A stretch of 64,000 nucleotides of DNA from a virus: positions 32,001 to 96,000 of IMG/VR virus record IMGVR_UViG_3300042888_001941. The stretch is one strand, 5' to 3'. The translations under genes were made by a program, and so were the position numbers. Below, in pieces: positions 38,702-55,798 of this stretch; position 1 is the stretch's first letter; each line of letters begins with the position of its first letter. The notes under the pieces were generated by a model. The model was not told where the DNA came from. It worked only from the letters and a program-made list of their open reading frames with translations, and made no database searches.

Positions 38702-39552
38702 CAATGCTAGGCGCTAAAGCTTCACATGGTGGCAGTTTCCGCAGAAAGCCTGCTACATTAGAACTTCTTCTAGTTGCTGGCGGAGGCTCAGGTGGCTCTA
38801 GTTTCTACGCAGGTGGAGGTGGCGCAGGAGGCTATGTTAGTGATCTTAATTTTACTACGCCATTAACTCCTTTTACAATTACAGTTGGCGCTGGCGGTGC
38901 AGCCCCCGTTAGTTCCGCTCTTGGTAATCCTGGAAACAATTCTGTGTTTGCGTCTATTACTGCAACTGGCGGTGGGTGTGGTCGCAAAGATGATTCTGCT
39001 ACACAGGAAACCTCGGGCGGCTCAGGCGGCGGTGGCGCTGGGTCTGGCGGCGGTGCTGGTAATTCAAGCCCTGGAAATGGAAGTCAAGGAAATCGTGGCG
39101 GTTTTGGCCACGGGCAAAGTTCTCAACTTGGCGGTGGTGGCGGAGGCGGTGGAGCAGGCGCAGTAGGTGGTAATGGCAGTTCGGGAACAGGTGGTGCAGG
39201 CGGAGCAGGCAGCGCTAATTCAATTACTGGCTCATCTGTAACTTATGCAGGTGGCGGCGGTGGCGCAGTAGTTCAAACTAGCGGAGCAGGCGCAGGTGGC
39301 TCAGGTGGCGGTGGAGTAGGTGGAAGAAATGGTTCTGGACCAGGCGCTGGTACAGTCAATCTTGGCGGTGGCGGTGGCGGAGCGTACTCATCAAGTAGCG
39401 CAGGTGGCGGCTCTGGCGTAGTGATTATCGCTTACCCAAACACTTTCCCAGCGCCAACATCAATTGGCGCAGGACTAAGCTATACAGAACCATCTCGCTC
39501 TGGTTATCGCGTGTATCGTTTTACAGCAGGAACAGGAACGGTAACTATCTAG
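38698..39552 (+). CDS. glycine-rich tip/adhesin protein
   Basis: MTMLGAKASHG start; C-terminus nearly identical to the previous gene. Confidence 0.78.
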   Translation: MTMLGAKASHGGSFRRKPATLELLLVAGGGSGGSSFYAGGGGAGGYVSDLNFTTPLTPFTITVGAGGAAPVSSALGNPGNNSVFASITATGGGCGRKDDSATQETSGGSGGGGAGSGGGAGNSSPGNGSQGNRGGFGHGQSSQLGGGGGGGGAGAVGGNGSSGTGGAGGAGSANSITGSSVTYAGGGGGAVVQTSGAGAGGSGGGGVGGRNGSGPGAGTVNLGGGGGGAYSSSSAGGGSGVVIIAYPNTFPAPTSIGAGLSYTEPSRSGYRVYRFTAGTGTVTI

Positions 39553-39576
39553 TTATTGAACTACAATAAAAATTAG

Positions 39577-39624
39577 GAAGAGCCGGAAGCGTAGGGACTG
39601 TGTTTCTACGCTATCCGGCTCTTA
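39577..39624. terminator. hairpin between convergent genes
   Basis: AAGAGCCGGA-AGCGTAG...CTACGCT-ATCCGGCTCTT. Confidence 0.6.
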
Positions 39625-39694
39625 TAAGTTCTGATACCTCTCCCGATACCAAAAACTTAGTTTGTACTATATACCTATATTGTACTTTTTGTTT

Positions 39695-40474
39695 CTATTT
39701 GACAGGAAGTCCTGTGATTGATTTCCAGGTCTTAGCGTCTACAATGCCAGTGACAGGGAGCTTCTTAGCCTTCTGATGGGCGATTACAGCCTTCTTTGTG
39801 ACTGGACCGAATTGACCATCGGCTGGTTTAATCTCAAGAGCAGCTTGAACTGTCTTAACGTGAATGCCTGACTCGCCTGGATCAATTGTCTCACCAGGGT
39901 AGACCTTGCCAGTTGTGTCCTTTTCCTTAACAGGCTTAGGCGCAACTGGAGCAGCTGCAGATCCAGCATAGTCTGGACGACCCCAACCAACAACGCCCAT
40001 AAGAAGTTTCTTCGCGTTGTTCTTGCGGAACCCGCGCTCCTTCTTGCAAGTTTCTCCGCCGTTACGTTGATCTCCGCTAGGAGCTCCCGCGGTGTTACCT
40101 TCAATGCAAACTGCAATACCAGTCTTAGCATCTGCCTTAACAACGATACCTACGTGAGAAATGCGATCTACGCCGTCTCCTGGGAAGTCAAAGTACACAA
40201 TGTCTCCTGCTTCAGGAACATTTACTCCGTCATTTTCGTACCAGCGCTTTTGCTTCTTGAAAGCGTCTGCGCCTGCTACTGTTGAGACAGTATTAGGTAC
40301 CTTAACTCCAGCTTGGTTTGCGCACCACATTACGAAGCTTCCACACCAAGGCAAGAAGTTTGCCTTTGTGAATGCTCCGTACTTGGTTTCATTATCTTTA
40401 GGACCTTCAATAGTTCCTACCTCAGCGAGCGCAACTTCAATAAGTCGTGCGGCTGTTCCTTGTGCTGCTGCCAT
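39695..40474 (-). CDS. endolysin: CHAP domain plus peptidoglycan-binding domain
   Basis: 'PWCGSFV', 'GDIVYF', 'SHVGIV', 'IEGNT'; 'DGQFGPVTKKAVIAHQ..GIVD..TW'. Confidence 0.9.
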   Translation of the reverse strand: MAAAQGTAARLIEVALAEVGTIEGPKDNETKYGAFTKANFLPWCGSFVMWCANQAGVKVPNTVSTVAGADAFKKQKRWYENDGVNVPEAGDIVYFDFPGDGVDRISHVGIVVKADAKTGIAVCIEGNTAGAPSGDQRNGGETCKKERGFRKNNAKKLLMGVVGWGRPDYAGSAAAPVAPKPVKEKDTTGKVYPGETIDPGESGIHVKTVQAALEIKPADGQFGPVTKKAVIAHQKAKKLPVTGIVDAKTWKSITGLPVK

Positions 40475-40491
40475 TTTTTGTTCTCCTCTAG

Positions 40492-41154
40492 TTACTTCAT
40501 TACGATTACTGATAATTTTACCTTAGGGCACTTGGCGTTGATGTCCTTAAGTACCTTCAGTTCTTTTTCGTCAACGGTCAACGACCAGCGGACCTTTACC
40601 TGCACCCACTGCTTAACATATTCGCAGTGATAGCTTGCAAGTGGCGGTAGCCATTCACCTGGGTCCTGGTCTGACTTCGAACGGTTCGAGCCTGCGGTGA
40701 CAGCGATGAGCGAGATTGTGTCTCCCATATCGTTTGCGTATACCTCACGCTTTGCCGCGTCCCACTTGTTTGCCCCTGAGTCCCATGCCTCGGCAAGAGG
40801 CACGAAATGATCTACGTCAAGAGCAGAAAAATTAGTAACGTTTACTCCGTCATAAGGAGAAAACCACTTACCTGTGTCTTTTACAATCTTGCATCCTGCG
40901 TCAACCTTTGGCTTTTCTAGCGCCTCTTGAAGAATAACGTCATTGCGTGTGTTGCAACCGTTCTTGTCGAGATCTGACCAGTGCTTGAAGTTACTACGTG
41001 AGTAGTTAGCGCGTACGTCTGGCGCTACCTTAAGGACCTTAATTGCTGCATCTACTGATGCAAATTTTTTAGGCGCGTCTGCTGCTTGAGCATATGTCAT
41101 TGTAGACATAAGTGCTAAAGCAGTCAGCGCGATTGCTGACTTGCTAATTTTCAT
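40492..41154 (-). CDS. secreted HNH-type nuclease (DUF1524-like); start ATG 41154
   Basis: Signal peptide 'MKISKSAIALTALALM..AQA'; 'LDVDHFVPLAEAWDSGA', 'NRSKSDQDP.EWLP'. Confidence 0.85.
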   Translation of the reverse strand: MKISKSAIALTALALMSTMTYAQAADAPKKFASVDAAIKVLKVAPDVRANYSRSNFKHWSDLDKNGCNTRNDVILQEALEKPKVDAGCKIVKDTGKWFSPYDGVNVTNFSALDVDHFVPLAEAWDSGANKWDAAKREVYANDMGDTISLIAVTAGSNRSKSDQDPGEWLPPLASYHCEYVKQWVQVKVRWSLTVDEKELKVLKDINAKCPKVKLSVIVMK

Positions 41155-41161
41155 TGTTTTC

Positions 41162-43795
41162 CTATCGCGCGAATCGAGAAGCAACGTTCCAGTCAACTTC
41201 TCCTGACTGAACCGCACGCGGGATCAAAGAGCGACCATGTATATCAGCTCTTGAACCAAGACCGACGGTCTCAAAACCGCGCTCAGCAATTTTACGCTGG
41301 AATGCAATTTGCGTCATCGGACGTTCGCCACGCTCTTCTGACCAAGCGCGATAAATAGAGTACAGATGCTTGACGGGAATTGTTCCGCCTTCCATCTCTT
41401 TTGTCTCCTCATTGATGAAAATACCAAAGCGGTCTTCGTTCTTACGATACATATCCGCGGCTTCCGCAACTGCAGAGCACCAACCCAGCCCATCGCGAGC
41501 GCTAGATCCAAGCAGTTTAATTGCGCCCTCAACTGCCCAAGATAGAACAGCAGGGAGTCCACCTTCAGGGTCAAAGATATATGACTTTAACTCTGGGTCT
41601 GGACTTTCAGGAACCTTGTTAAGTGGGATTGGTCGAATACGACGCCACATTGCATCATCATTGATGATTGGACGGTGGTTTGTAGTAACCCAAAGCTTAG
41701 CTCGTGACTGGAATGTAAATGGTTTTTCACCAGGTGAACGTGCAGAGATTTCAGAAGAGCCTGTAAGCTTCTTAACTGAGTTTTCCTTCATGCGCTCGTT
41801 GTCTGGTAATTCGTCAACCCACACCATACGGCGTCCGCGTAACTCCGCCCAGTGATAAAGATCTGAGCCGTGCGCTTGCCCGTCGCCCTGAGCAAGGATA
41901 GAAGAGTCAAGAGGCCACGCGTATTGCTGAGTACCCATGCACTTAACAAGAGCTTCAACGAGAGTATTCTTACCAGACCCAGGAGGTCCATATACTAAGA
42001 ACATTACGTCATACGTGCGTAAACCTGTAAGTGAGTAACCAGCTGCTTTTTGGATCCACTCTTGTAGTTCTTTATCTCCGCCAGTTGCAAAGTCTAGGAA
42101 TTGCTCCCACTTAACATTGCGAATTCCTGGAGTGTAAGCAACAGGTGCGCGGCGAGTAATGTGCAAATCAGGACGGCCTTTAAGAAGCTCTCCAGTGCGC
42201 AAGTCAATGACACCATTGAGAACACCCATAAGAGTCTCATCTGAATCCCATGTGTCAACTGCGACAAGTACTCGTGGATCTGATGTTGCAGATTCAATTG
42301 ATCCTGCGATGCGGCTGTTAGATTTTGCCTGAAGAGCCCAACGCATAACATCTGCTTGCTTATCAGCATCCTCGTAGTTAACTACCTCTGACGCAATAAT
42401 CGGAGCAAGGCGCTTTGAAAGTTCTTGCATTTCAAGATTTTCTACATCTGGCTTCCAGTATCCGCCATCCCAGTGAAACCAACCAAGACCTGGCGTGTAA
42501 CGAACCGCAGGACCAAACGAGTCAATAAGACGACGGCCATTACCAGTATCTGTAAGTGTACGCTTACCCGGTTCTCCACCGTCCGCCTCAGATAAAGCAT
42601 CAGCATCTTTTGGAACGTTAATATTCGTAGCGCTCATTGCAGACGATGCAGAGTCACCGTCGTTGATTGACTGCTCTACCGCACCGCCAATAGTTCCAGG
42701 TAAACGATATGAATCGCTACTGTGGTCATAATCTTTTGATGACTGAGCTTCATCCTTCTTACGAATAGATTTAGCAATAGTATTTTCGTTTGTCTCCTGT
42801 TGAGACTTTTGTGCCCATTCATTAAGTCCTGGCCACATGCGCTCTGTTTTTGGGTTGTCAATAACAAATTGAATAGCGCGGCGGACGTGCATTAAGAGTC
42901 CGCCTTGACCTTCAAGCTCTAGAGGAGGGCGCACCTTCTCGGCGTTAAAGCGAATCATCATTGTTTCAACAGCTAGGCGGCCAGCCTCAGTGTTGATAGG
43001 AAACTTGTTTGCTAACGCGCATGTCATTGAGTAGATATCAACAGCGCGGGATCCTTCTTCAATTCCTTCTTCGAGTAAGCGCTCTACGTCAATGCGCTCT
43101 CCACCAAAGTCTAGATCTTCAAGAAACGTCCAATCGCCTTCGCCTAATCCTGTAGCAGATTTGCGGCCCTTCTTGCGTAGAGCCTGTAGAAGCTCTTCTG
43201 GCGCTTGTGCAATTTCAACTTCCCAAGGAGCTTTTCCTGGTGCCCACTCGTAACAAACTCCAGAGAAGTGACGTGACGGAGTGATAAGAACATATCCGTT
43301 GTGCTTAATATCAACGCCCGGAAGATTTGCCTTTTTAAGATTTCCAACAAGCGCTTCGTTTTCATCGCACTTATAAAACAAGTGACGGCCACGTAGAACT
43401 TTTCCACCAGCAACTGTGTATTCACCAGTGATTGCTTCTACGGTTGGAGGTAAGAATCCTTCAACTAATGCTTCAAACTTCTCAAAAGAATCAGGACCAC
43501 CTGAGCGTGGGTCAATATCAATTACAAAGAATCCACTGGCTTTGCACATTACGCCAATGTTCATTTGTGCGTCTTTATTCCACCACTGATTTATTGTCTC
43601 TGCATCTGTAGTAGCGTACTTGTTCCACTCTGGCAGCGATGGATGCTTGCCAACATCTTTTGGCTCGACGTGCGCACCACCGCATGTGCACCGCCCACCA
43701 ACGATTCCATAACACGGAAGTATTGACCAGCCATTGCTTGCATACCAGCTTGCCGCAGGACCTAGTCGGCCTTCTGCTGATTCCCACACACTCAT
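41162..43795 (-). CDS. bifunctional Prim-Pol primase / D5-like SF3 helicase
   Basis: 'GKHP..ATTD..WW..NIG..VIDID..GRHLFY'; 'TDTGNGRRL'; Walker A GPPGSGKNT; 'TNHRPII..AMWRR'. Confidence 0.93.
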   Translation of the reverse strand: MSVWESAEGRLGPAASWYASNGWSILPCYGIVGGRCTCGGAHVEPKDVGKHPSLPEWNKYATTDAETINQWWNKDAQMNIGVMCKASGFFVIDIDPRSGGPDSFEKFEALVEGFLPPTVEAITGEYTVAGGKVLRGRHLFYKCDENEALVGNLKKANLPGVDIKHNGYVLITPSRHFSGVCYEWAPGKAPWEVEIAQAPEELLQALRKKGRKSATGLGEGDWTFLEDLDFGGERIDVERLLEEGIEEGSRAVDIYSMTCALANKFPINTEAGRLAVETMMIRFNAEKVRPPLELEGQGGLLMHVRRAIQFVIDNPKTERMWPGLNEWAQKSQQETNENTIAKSIRKKDEAQSSKDYDHSSDSYRLPGTIGGAVEQSINDGDSASSAMSATNINVPKDADALSEADGGEPGKRTLTDTGNGRRLIDSFGPAVRYTPGLGWFHWDGGYWKPDVENLEMQELSKRLAPIIASEVVNYEDADKQADVMRWALQAKSNSRIAGSIESATSDPRVLVAVDTWDSDETLMGVLNGVIDLRTGELLKGRPDLHITRRAPVAYTPGIRNVKWEQFLDFATGGDKELQEWIQKAAGYSLTGLRTYDVMFLVYGPPGSGKNTLVEALVKCMGTQQYAWPLDSSILAQGDGQAHGSDLYHWAELRGRRMVWVDELPDNERMKENSVKKLTGSSEISARSPGEKPFTFQSRAKLWVTTNHRPIINDDAMWRRIRPIPLNKVPESPDPELKSYIFDPEGGLPAVLSWAVEGAIKLLGSSARDGLGWCSAVAEAADMYRKNEDRFGIFINEETKEMEGGTIPVKHLYSIYRAWSEERGERPMTQIAFQRKIAERGFETVGLGSRADIHGRSLIPRAVQSGEVDWNVASRFAR

Positions 43796-44024
43796 TGGAC
43801 GTCACCTTCTCGCATCTTTACGTCGTTAGCTCCAATCAAAACATTTATAAATACTACAACTTTTAGAGAAGTAACATCATATCATTCTTTTAGGAATCTT
43901 GGTATACGGCGACTATAAAGGGTACGTGCCATAGATGTAAACAACCAAACCATAGTCGTTTATTAGCCACTAAATATACAATTAGCCCACGCTAGCTCTA
44001 CCCTTCTTGAAAGGCAATTAACCA

Positions 44025-44408
44025 ATGCAAGGTGTTTTTATGCAGCTAGGAATGATTGCCGCGGGTATCGCAAGCATAACGGCGGTCTTTGGTTTTGCTT
44101 ATGCAATGTATAAAATTGCAAAGCGTATCGAAGCTGCCATCGGCGTCGACGAAGAAGGAAGAACCATCTCTGAGCGTATGGGGAAGGTTGAGTACCAGCT
44201 CTGGGAAAACGGCGGATCTTCAATGAAGGACCAGATGAACGAAACCGCAGAGCTAGCAAAGAAGACAGCTGTCGAAGTTGGGTTCATAAAGCAGGTAATG
44301 CTTCACCTCGTAGAGCTCCCAGACTTATCCTACGTGAAGGAAAGCGCTCAAGAAGAAAAAGCAGTAGCAAAGCGCGGCAGTAAAAAAGCAAAAAATCCAG
44401 CGCAGTAG
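44025..44408 (+). CDS. membrane protein with N-terminal TM and coiled coil
   Basis: Hydrophobic N-terminus, 'ENGGSSMKD' motif. Confidence 0.65.
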   Translation: MQGVFMQLGMIAAGIASITAVFGFAYAMYKIAKRIEAAIGVDEEGRTISERMGKVEYQLWENGGSSMKDQMNETAELAKKTAVEVGFIKQVMLHLVELPDLSYVKESAQEEKAVAKRGSKKAKNPAQ

Positions 44409-44575
44409 AAGCAGTTTTAATCTTGTGCCTAAGTGTTAATGGCGCAGTAAAGTAGCGCTAACCTTGCCAACAAGGTTGTAATAAAAGATTCTAAAACTCA
44501 TGCCTAAAGTGTGTACTACTCTGGAAATTCAGGTTATAGTTTTCCTTGTTAACAACTAGTTGCGGGGAGACGGAA

Positions 44576-44860
44576 TTGTCACTAGTCAAAAGACTGGATG
44601 AGGCTGCGAGTAAAAGCCGCCCAGGTTTAGCATGTAGGTTAGGCTCAATCCTTCGTGGCAGTGATATGTCTGACGAAGAAAAGACATATCTACAAAAGGT
44701 TTTAGAGACTCCAGCTGATGACCCAGCACGCATTCCAACAACTGCTATTACTCAAGCTCTTCATCAAGAAGGCTATCAAATCGGAGTTGCCGCAGTAAAT
44801 CGTCACCGCAGGCGCGAATGTCGCTGCTACGGAATGAGTCCAAAGTATCTGGAGGACTAG
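44576..44860 (+). CDS. small HTH/Cys protein preceding the phosphoesterase
   Basis: 'ITQALHQEGYQIG..VNRHRRRECRC'; GGGGAG SD before TTG. Confidence 0.65.
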   Translation: MSLVKRLDEAASKSRPGLACRLGSILRGSDMSDEEKTYLQKVLETPADDPARIPTTAITQALHQEGYQIGVAAVNRHRRRECRCYGMSPKYLED

Positions 44861-44864
44861 CCGC

Positions 44865-46082
44865 GTGGCATTCTCCGAAAATCTTGATAAACTGCTTTCA
44901 GCTCCAACATCTTCCTTTGCTCGTCGAATACGTCCCACGTACCCTACAGGATGGGAACCAGGCGTCCTTAGAGACAAAGACGGTGAGATTACCGTCACAA
45001 CTAATTTAGTCCCTAAGATTGACGATGAAGACTCCTGGAAGGCGGCTGTAGAGAGCTTAGGCGTATCAGTCCCAGAAGGTTGGGTTATTCGTTTATACGA
45101 AGCTCGATACGACCCAGCCGCATGGCACCGCGATGAAGAAGGCGGTGAGGCGGTAACTCGCCCAGCGTGGCGCTACAGATTCAAGGTCGAGCCAGCATCA
45201 GCATCTGCGATTAACTTTGACGATTTATTAGATTTAGTATCAAAGCATAAAGCGCACAAAACTTCAAACGAAAATATTGGAACAAAGCAGTGGATCCTAG
45301 CAACAGGTGACTGGCAGCTTGGAAAGATAGATGGCGACGGAGTAGAGGGCACCGTAAAGCGTATCCTAGAGTCTACCGACCGCTCAATTGAACGCATTAA
45401 AGAATTAAAACGTCTAAAGAAGTGGCCAGGAAGCGCAGTACTTATACTTACAGGCGACTGCGTTGAAGGTTTCGTATCTCAAGGTGGCGGAAATACATGG
45501 CGCACCAATCTTACGATGACAGAGCAAGTTCGCCTATATCGCCGTCTAGTCTTTGAGATAGTTACACGCCTTGCGGCTGAAACTGACAACTTAATGGTAG
45601 TTGCAGTTCCAGGTAACCACGGCGAGACTGTTCGCCTTATGGGTAAAATGGCAACTCGCATGGACGACTCATGGGACATCGACGCGGTTATTGCCGTGGC
45701 GGAAACTCTTGAGCAAAATAAGGCAGCCTATGGCCACGTCCGCTTTGTCACACCCGCAAAGGATGAAGGGACAATAGTTCTTGACCTAGGTGGAACTATC
45801 ACCGCGATTGCTCATGGACATCAAGTCAAGGGCGGAAATGTTCCCAAGTGGGTAGCAGAGCACGCTAAGAATATGGCACCTGTTGGAGACGCTCACCTCA
45901 TAGTGACTGGTCACCATCATCATTTGCACATTCAAGCTATGGGACCTCGCACCTGGATTCAAGTTCCAGCAATGGAATCAGAGTCAACGTGGTGGCGTGA
46001 AAAGACTGGAGAGGTATCTCCTCCAGGAATGGTCAGCGTTCTCGTAGGTGATAAGATATGGTCAGAGCTAGCGGTATTGTAG
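44865..46082 (+). CDS. calcineurin-like metallophosphoesterase
   Basis: GDWQLGK, GDCVEG, PGNHG, AHGH, GHHHH motifs. Confidence 0.88.
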   Translation: MAFSENLDKLLSAPTSSFARRIRPTYPTGWEPGVLRDKDGEITVTTNLVPKIDDEDSWKAAVESLGVSVPEGWVIRLYEARYDPAAWHRDEEGGEAVTRPAWRYRFKVEPASASAINFDDLLDLVSKHKAHKTSNENIGTKQWILATGDWQLGKIDGDGVEGTVKRILESTDRSIERIKELKRLKKWPGSAVLILTGDCVEGFVSQGGGNTWRTNLTMTEQVRLYRRLVFEIVTRLAAETDNLMVVAVPGNHGETVRLMGKMATRMDDSWDIDAVIAVAETLEQNKAAYGHVRFVTPAKDEGTIVLDLGGTITAIAHGHQVKGGNVPKWVAEHAKNMAPVGDAHLIVTGHHHHLHIQAMGPRTWIQVPAMESESTWWREKTGEVSPPGMVSVLVGDKIWSELAVL

Positions 46083-46192
46083 GAAAACGCGCTCTATTTC
46101 ATTAACGTACATTCAACAAAGGCATAAAATGTAACTAGTATTCGCCTGCTTGCTTGCTACCGCTTTATAGAAGTAGACGCGTAGCGTAGTAA

Positions 46193-49384
<3,192 letters not shown>

Positions 49385-49474
49385 TTTAAGCGCAGTTTAT
49401 ACCTCTATCACCTTCTTCTGGTTAATATAGAATAGCGCTTGGGAATCTCTCCCACTCGAGTGAAATGAGACTAC

Positions 49475-51643
<2,169 letters not shown>

Positions 51644-51659
51644 ACCCCTTCTTAACGGG

Positions 51660-51698
51660 AAACGCCCGCCTTCTTCGGAAGAGCGGGCGTTTTCTTTT
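51660..51698 (+). terminator. intrinsic terminator
   Basis: AACGCCCGC-CTTC-TTCG-GAAG-AGCGGGCGTT-TTCTTTT. Confidence 0.88.
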
Positions 51699-51760
51699 AA
51701 GATAAAAAGCTGGATTTATAGTATAGTATCCCCTAGTGTCGCGCTAGATGAGAGAGACCC

Positions 51761-53206
<1,446 letters not shown>

Positions 53207-53242
53207 AATAAAATACATAACAAAGGAAAGGCGTAGTAACTA

Positions 53243-53560
53243 ATGGCTACAACTTCAAAGGTTCTTTTTCGTGGAGCGGCGACAACTAACACCGCGACTA
53301 CGTTGTACACTGTCCCTACGACAAGCACAACAACGGTCGTCACTAGCATCATTGTGACAAACACCGCAGCGTCCGGCGCAACATACACACTTGCGATTGA
53401 CGGCGTTGCTATTGCAACAACCGTTTCTATCGCCGCAAATGATACTGTCATCATGGATCTTAAGCAGGTCATTCCTGCAAACGCAACACCAAAGATTGTC
53501 ACCGGTGGAGCATCTGCAACAACAGTCAACTTCCACATTTCAGGAGTTGAAATAGTCTAA
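53243..53560 (+). CDS. small beta-rich adaptor-like virion protein
   Basis: 'TLYTVP..TTVVTSI.VTN..IAANDT..FHISGVEI'; paralogue of 57929. Confidence 0.7.
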   Translation: MATTSKVLFRGAATTNTATTLYTVPTTSTTTVVTSIIVTNTAASGATYTLAIDGVAIATTVSIAANDTVIMDLKQVIPANATPKIVTGGASATTVNFHISGVEIV

Positions 53561-54435
53561 TGTCCATTCAACGTCTCTCGAACTCGGGACAGAGTGGATT
53601 TCGCTATAAGTCTCTTATAGCTGGGATCACGCCTGTTGCGTCGGTGCCTACGGTTGGCACTGCCACCGCACTCACCTTCAGCACCGCGTCTGTTACGTTC
53701 ACAGCGCCTGGTGCCTACGCTGGAGCGACGTACACCGCAACATCAAGCCCAGGCGGCCTCACTGGGACAAGCGCGTCTTCACCTATTACCGTTTCAGGAC
53801 TTTCAGAAAACACCGCGTATACCTTTACTGTCACCGCGACGAACGCTACTGGAACTTCAGGAGCAAGCGCTGCATCAAACTCAATTACTACACCTTCTGC
53901 ATTTACACCTGAGAGTGGATACGACTCGTTGGCTACTGTAACGTTGTCTTCGTCAGCGTCATCAGTTACTTTTTCTGGTATTCCTAGTGGGTATAAACAT
54001 CTTCAAATTCGTGGAATTATCAAAGACGTTACAACTGGGGCAGCGGATTACGATGCGCTAAGAATTCAATACAATGGCGATACAGCCACAAACTATTCTT
54101 GGCATTATCTTAAAGGCGAAGGCGTAGGTTCTGGCGGAGTTGGACAAGCATCTAGTTCATCTTACTTATGGAGCGGCACAGTAATACGTTCTGGAACTGG
54201 TCAGACTTCTGCATTTTCTACTTCAGTAATTGATATTTTGGATTATGCAAATACATCAAAATACAAAACTCAACGTTGGCTAAATGGTACAGAATTCAAT
54301 GCTCTTTACCCTTGGGTAGGGCTTGGATCTGGATTGTGGCAATCAACCTCCGCAATTACTTCTATTAAAATGTATATGGATACAGGTGTTAATTTTGCTG
54401 AGTATTCACAATTTGCACTTTACGGGGTGAAATAA
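53560..54435 (+). CDS. type A tip protein with an inserted Fn3 domain
   Basis: 'YTATSSPG..ITVSGL...YTFTVTATN' plus 'YKHLQIR..ILDYANTSKYKT..FALYGVK'. Confidence 0.75.
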   Translation: MSIQRLSNSGQSGFRYKSLIAGITPVASVPTVGTATALTFSTASVTFTAPGAYAGATYTATSSPGGLTGTSASSPITVSGLSENTAYTFTVTATNATGTSGASAASNSITTPSAFTPESGYDSLATVTLSSSASSVTFSGIPSGYKHLQIRGIIKDVTTGAADYDALRIQYNGDTATNYSWHYLKGEGVGSGGVGQASSSSYLWSGTVIRSGTGQTSAFSTSVIDILDYANTSKYKTQRWLNGTEFNALYPWVGLGSGLWQSTSAITSIKMYMDTGVNFAEYSQFALYGVK

Positions 54436-54436
54436 T

Positions 54437-55789
54437 ATGCCAACAAATACACATGTCGCACTTGATAAAGTAACAGTAGGAAGCGCTACTAACACAATTA
54501 CTTTTACTTCAATTCCACAGGGATATACAGACCTTGTAATGGTTGGTAGTGTTATACCTAGTGGAAGTGGATTGTCTCCACAAAGCCGAATAAATTCTGA
54601 TAGTGGAAATAACTATTCAAGAACGGTTTTGGCTGGCAATGGTTCATCTGCTAGCAGCTCACGTGGAAGCAATAATTCTAGTTTTTATTGGTATGAAAAT
54701 AACAGTCCTGCAACTGGTTCACCAACTCCATACATTATTCAATTTATGAATTATTCAAACACTTCAACATATAAAACAATTTTAGGTAGATATGGTGGAG
54801 CAGGAGTTGAAACAGTAACAAATGTAAACTTATATCGTTCTACTTCTGCAATCACTTCTTTTACTTTTTTTACAAGCGCATCAACTTTTGACGTCGGCTC
54901 CACCTTCTCGTTGTATGGCATCAAAGCACAGGTAACCCCTGGTACTGCTAAAGCAACTGGCGGAACTATTACCTACGACAACTTTGGTAGAGTCATACAT
55001 ACATTTACTTCAACAGGAACATTTACGCCTAGTGAAGCATTAACTAATGTTGAATATCTTGTTATTGCAGGTGGAGGCGGTGGTGGTTACTCAGGCGCAG
55101 GAGGTGGAGGCGCTGGTGGATACCTAACTTCAGCAAGTGGTGAAATATCAGGTGGTGGACAACCTACTCAAAGTCCTTTGTCGTTATCTGCGGCTGCATA
55201 TACAGTACAAGTAGGTGCTGGCGGTGCAGGTGCAAATGGTTCAAATTCAGCCGCTCGCGGTAGTGCTGGAGTCAATTCATTTATATCAGGTACAGGCATT
55301 ACTACAATTACAGCCACAGGTGGCGGTGGTGGCGGCTCTCGCAATGGTGATGAACTTAGCGGCGGTGCAGGAGGTTCAAGCGGTGGTGGTACGCGAAGTG
55401 GAGGTGCGGCAGGAACTCCTACTTCATCACCAATCCAAGGTTATTCAGGTCAAGGCGGTTTAAGCACTCCACCAGGCGGCGGCGGTGGCGGCGCGGGCGA
55501 ACTTGGTGGTACAGATGGTCAAGGCGATGGCGGTGATGGACTTACATCATCTATTAGCGGTTCAGCCGTAGTCAGAGGTGGTGGCGGCGGTGGTGGTGGT
55601 GGCGATGGTAGCCGCGTAACTGCTGGAGGAACTGGCGGTGGAGGTGCCGGTGGTTACAGCACAACTTCCGCTTCGGTTGCTGGAACTGCTAATACAGGTG
55701 GAGGCGGCGGTGGTGGCTCCAATGAAACTATTTACGTAAATGGCGCATCTGGCGGTTCAGGTATTGTCATCATTAGGTATCAAGGTTAA
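54437..55789 (+). CDS. type B tip protein fused to a glycine-rich domain
   Basis: 'IPQGYTDLVMV..GSTFSLYGI' then 'KATGG..HTF..GGSGIVIIRY'. Confidence 0.78.
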   Translation: MPTNTHVALDKVTVGSATNTITFTSIPQGYTDLVMVGSVIPSGSGLSPQSRINSDSGNNYSRTVLAGNGSSASSSRGSNNSSFYWYENNSPATGSPTPYIIQFMNYSNTSTYKTILGRYGGAGVETVTNVNLYRSTSAITSFTFFTSASTFDVGSTFSLYGIKAQVTPGTAKATGGTITYDNFGRVIHTFTSTGTFTPSEALTNVEYLVIAGGGGGGYSGAGGGGAGGYLTSASGEISGGGQPTQSPLSLSAAAYTVQVGAGGAGANGSNSAARGSAGVNSFISGTGITTITATGGGGGGSRNGDELSGGAGGSSGGGTRSGGAAGTPTSSPIQGYSGQGGLSTPPGGGGGGAGELGGTDGQGDGGDGLTSSISGSAVVRGGGGGGGGGDGSRVTAGGTGGGGAGGYSTTSASVAGTANTGGGGGGGSNETIYVNGASGGSGIVIIRYQG

Positions 55790-55798
55790 GGAGATCTA

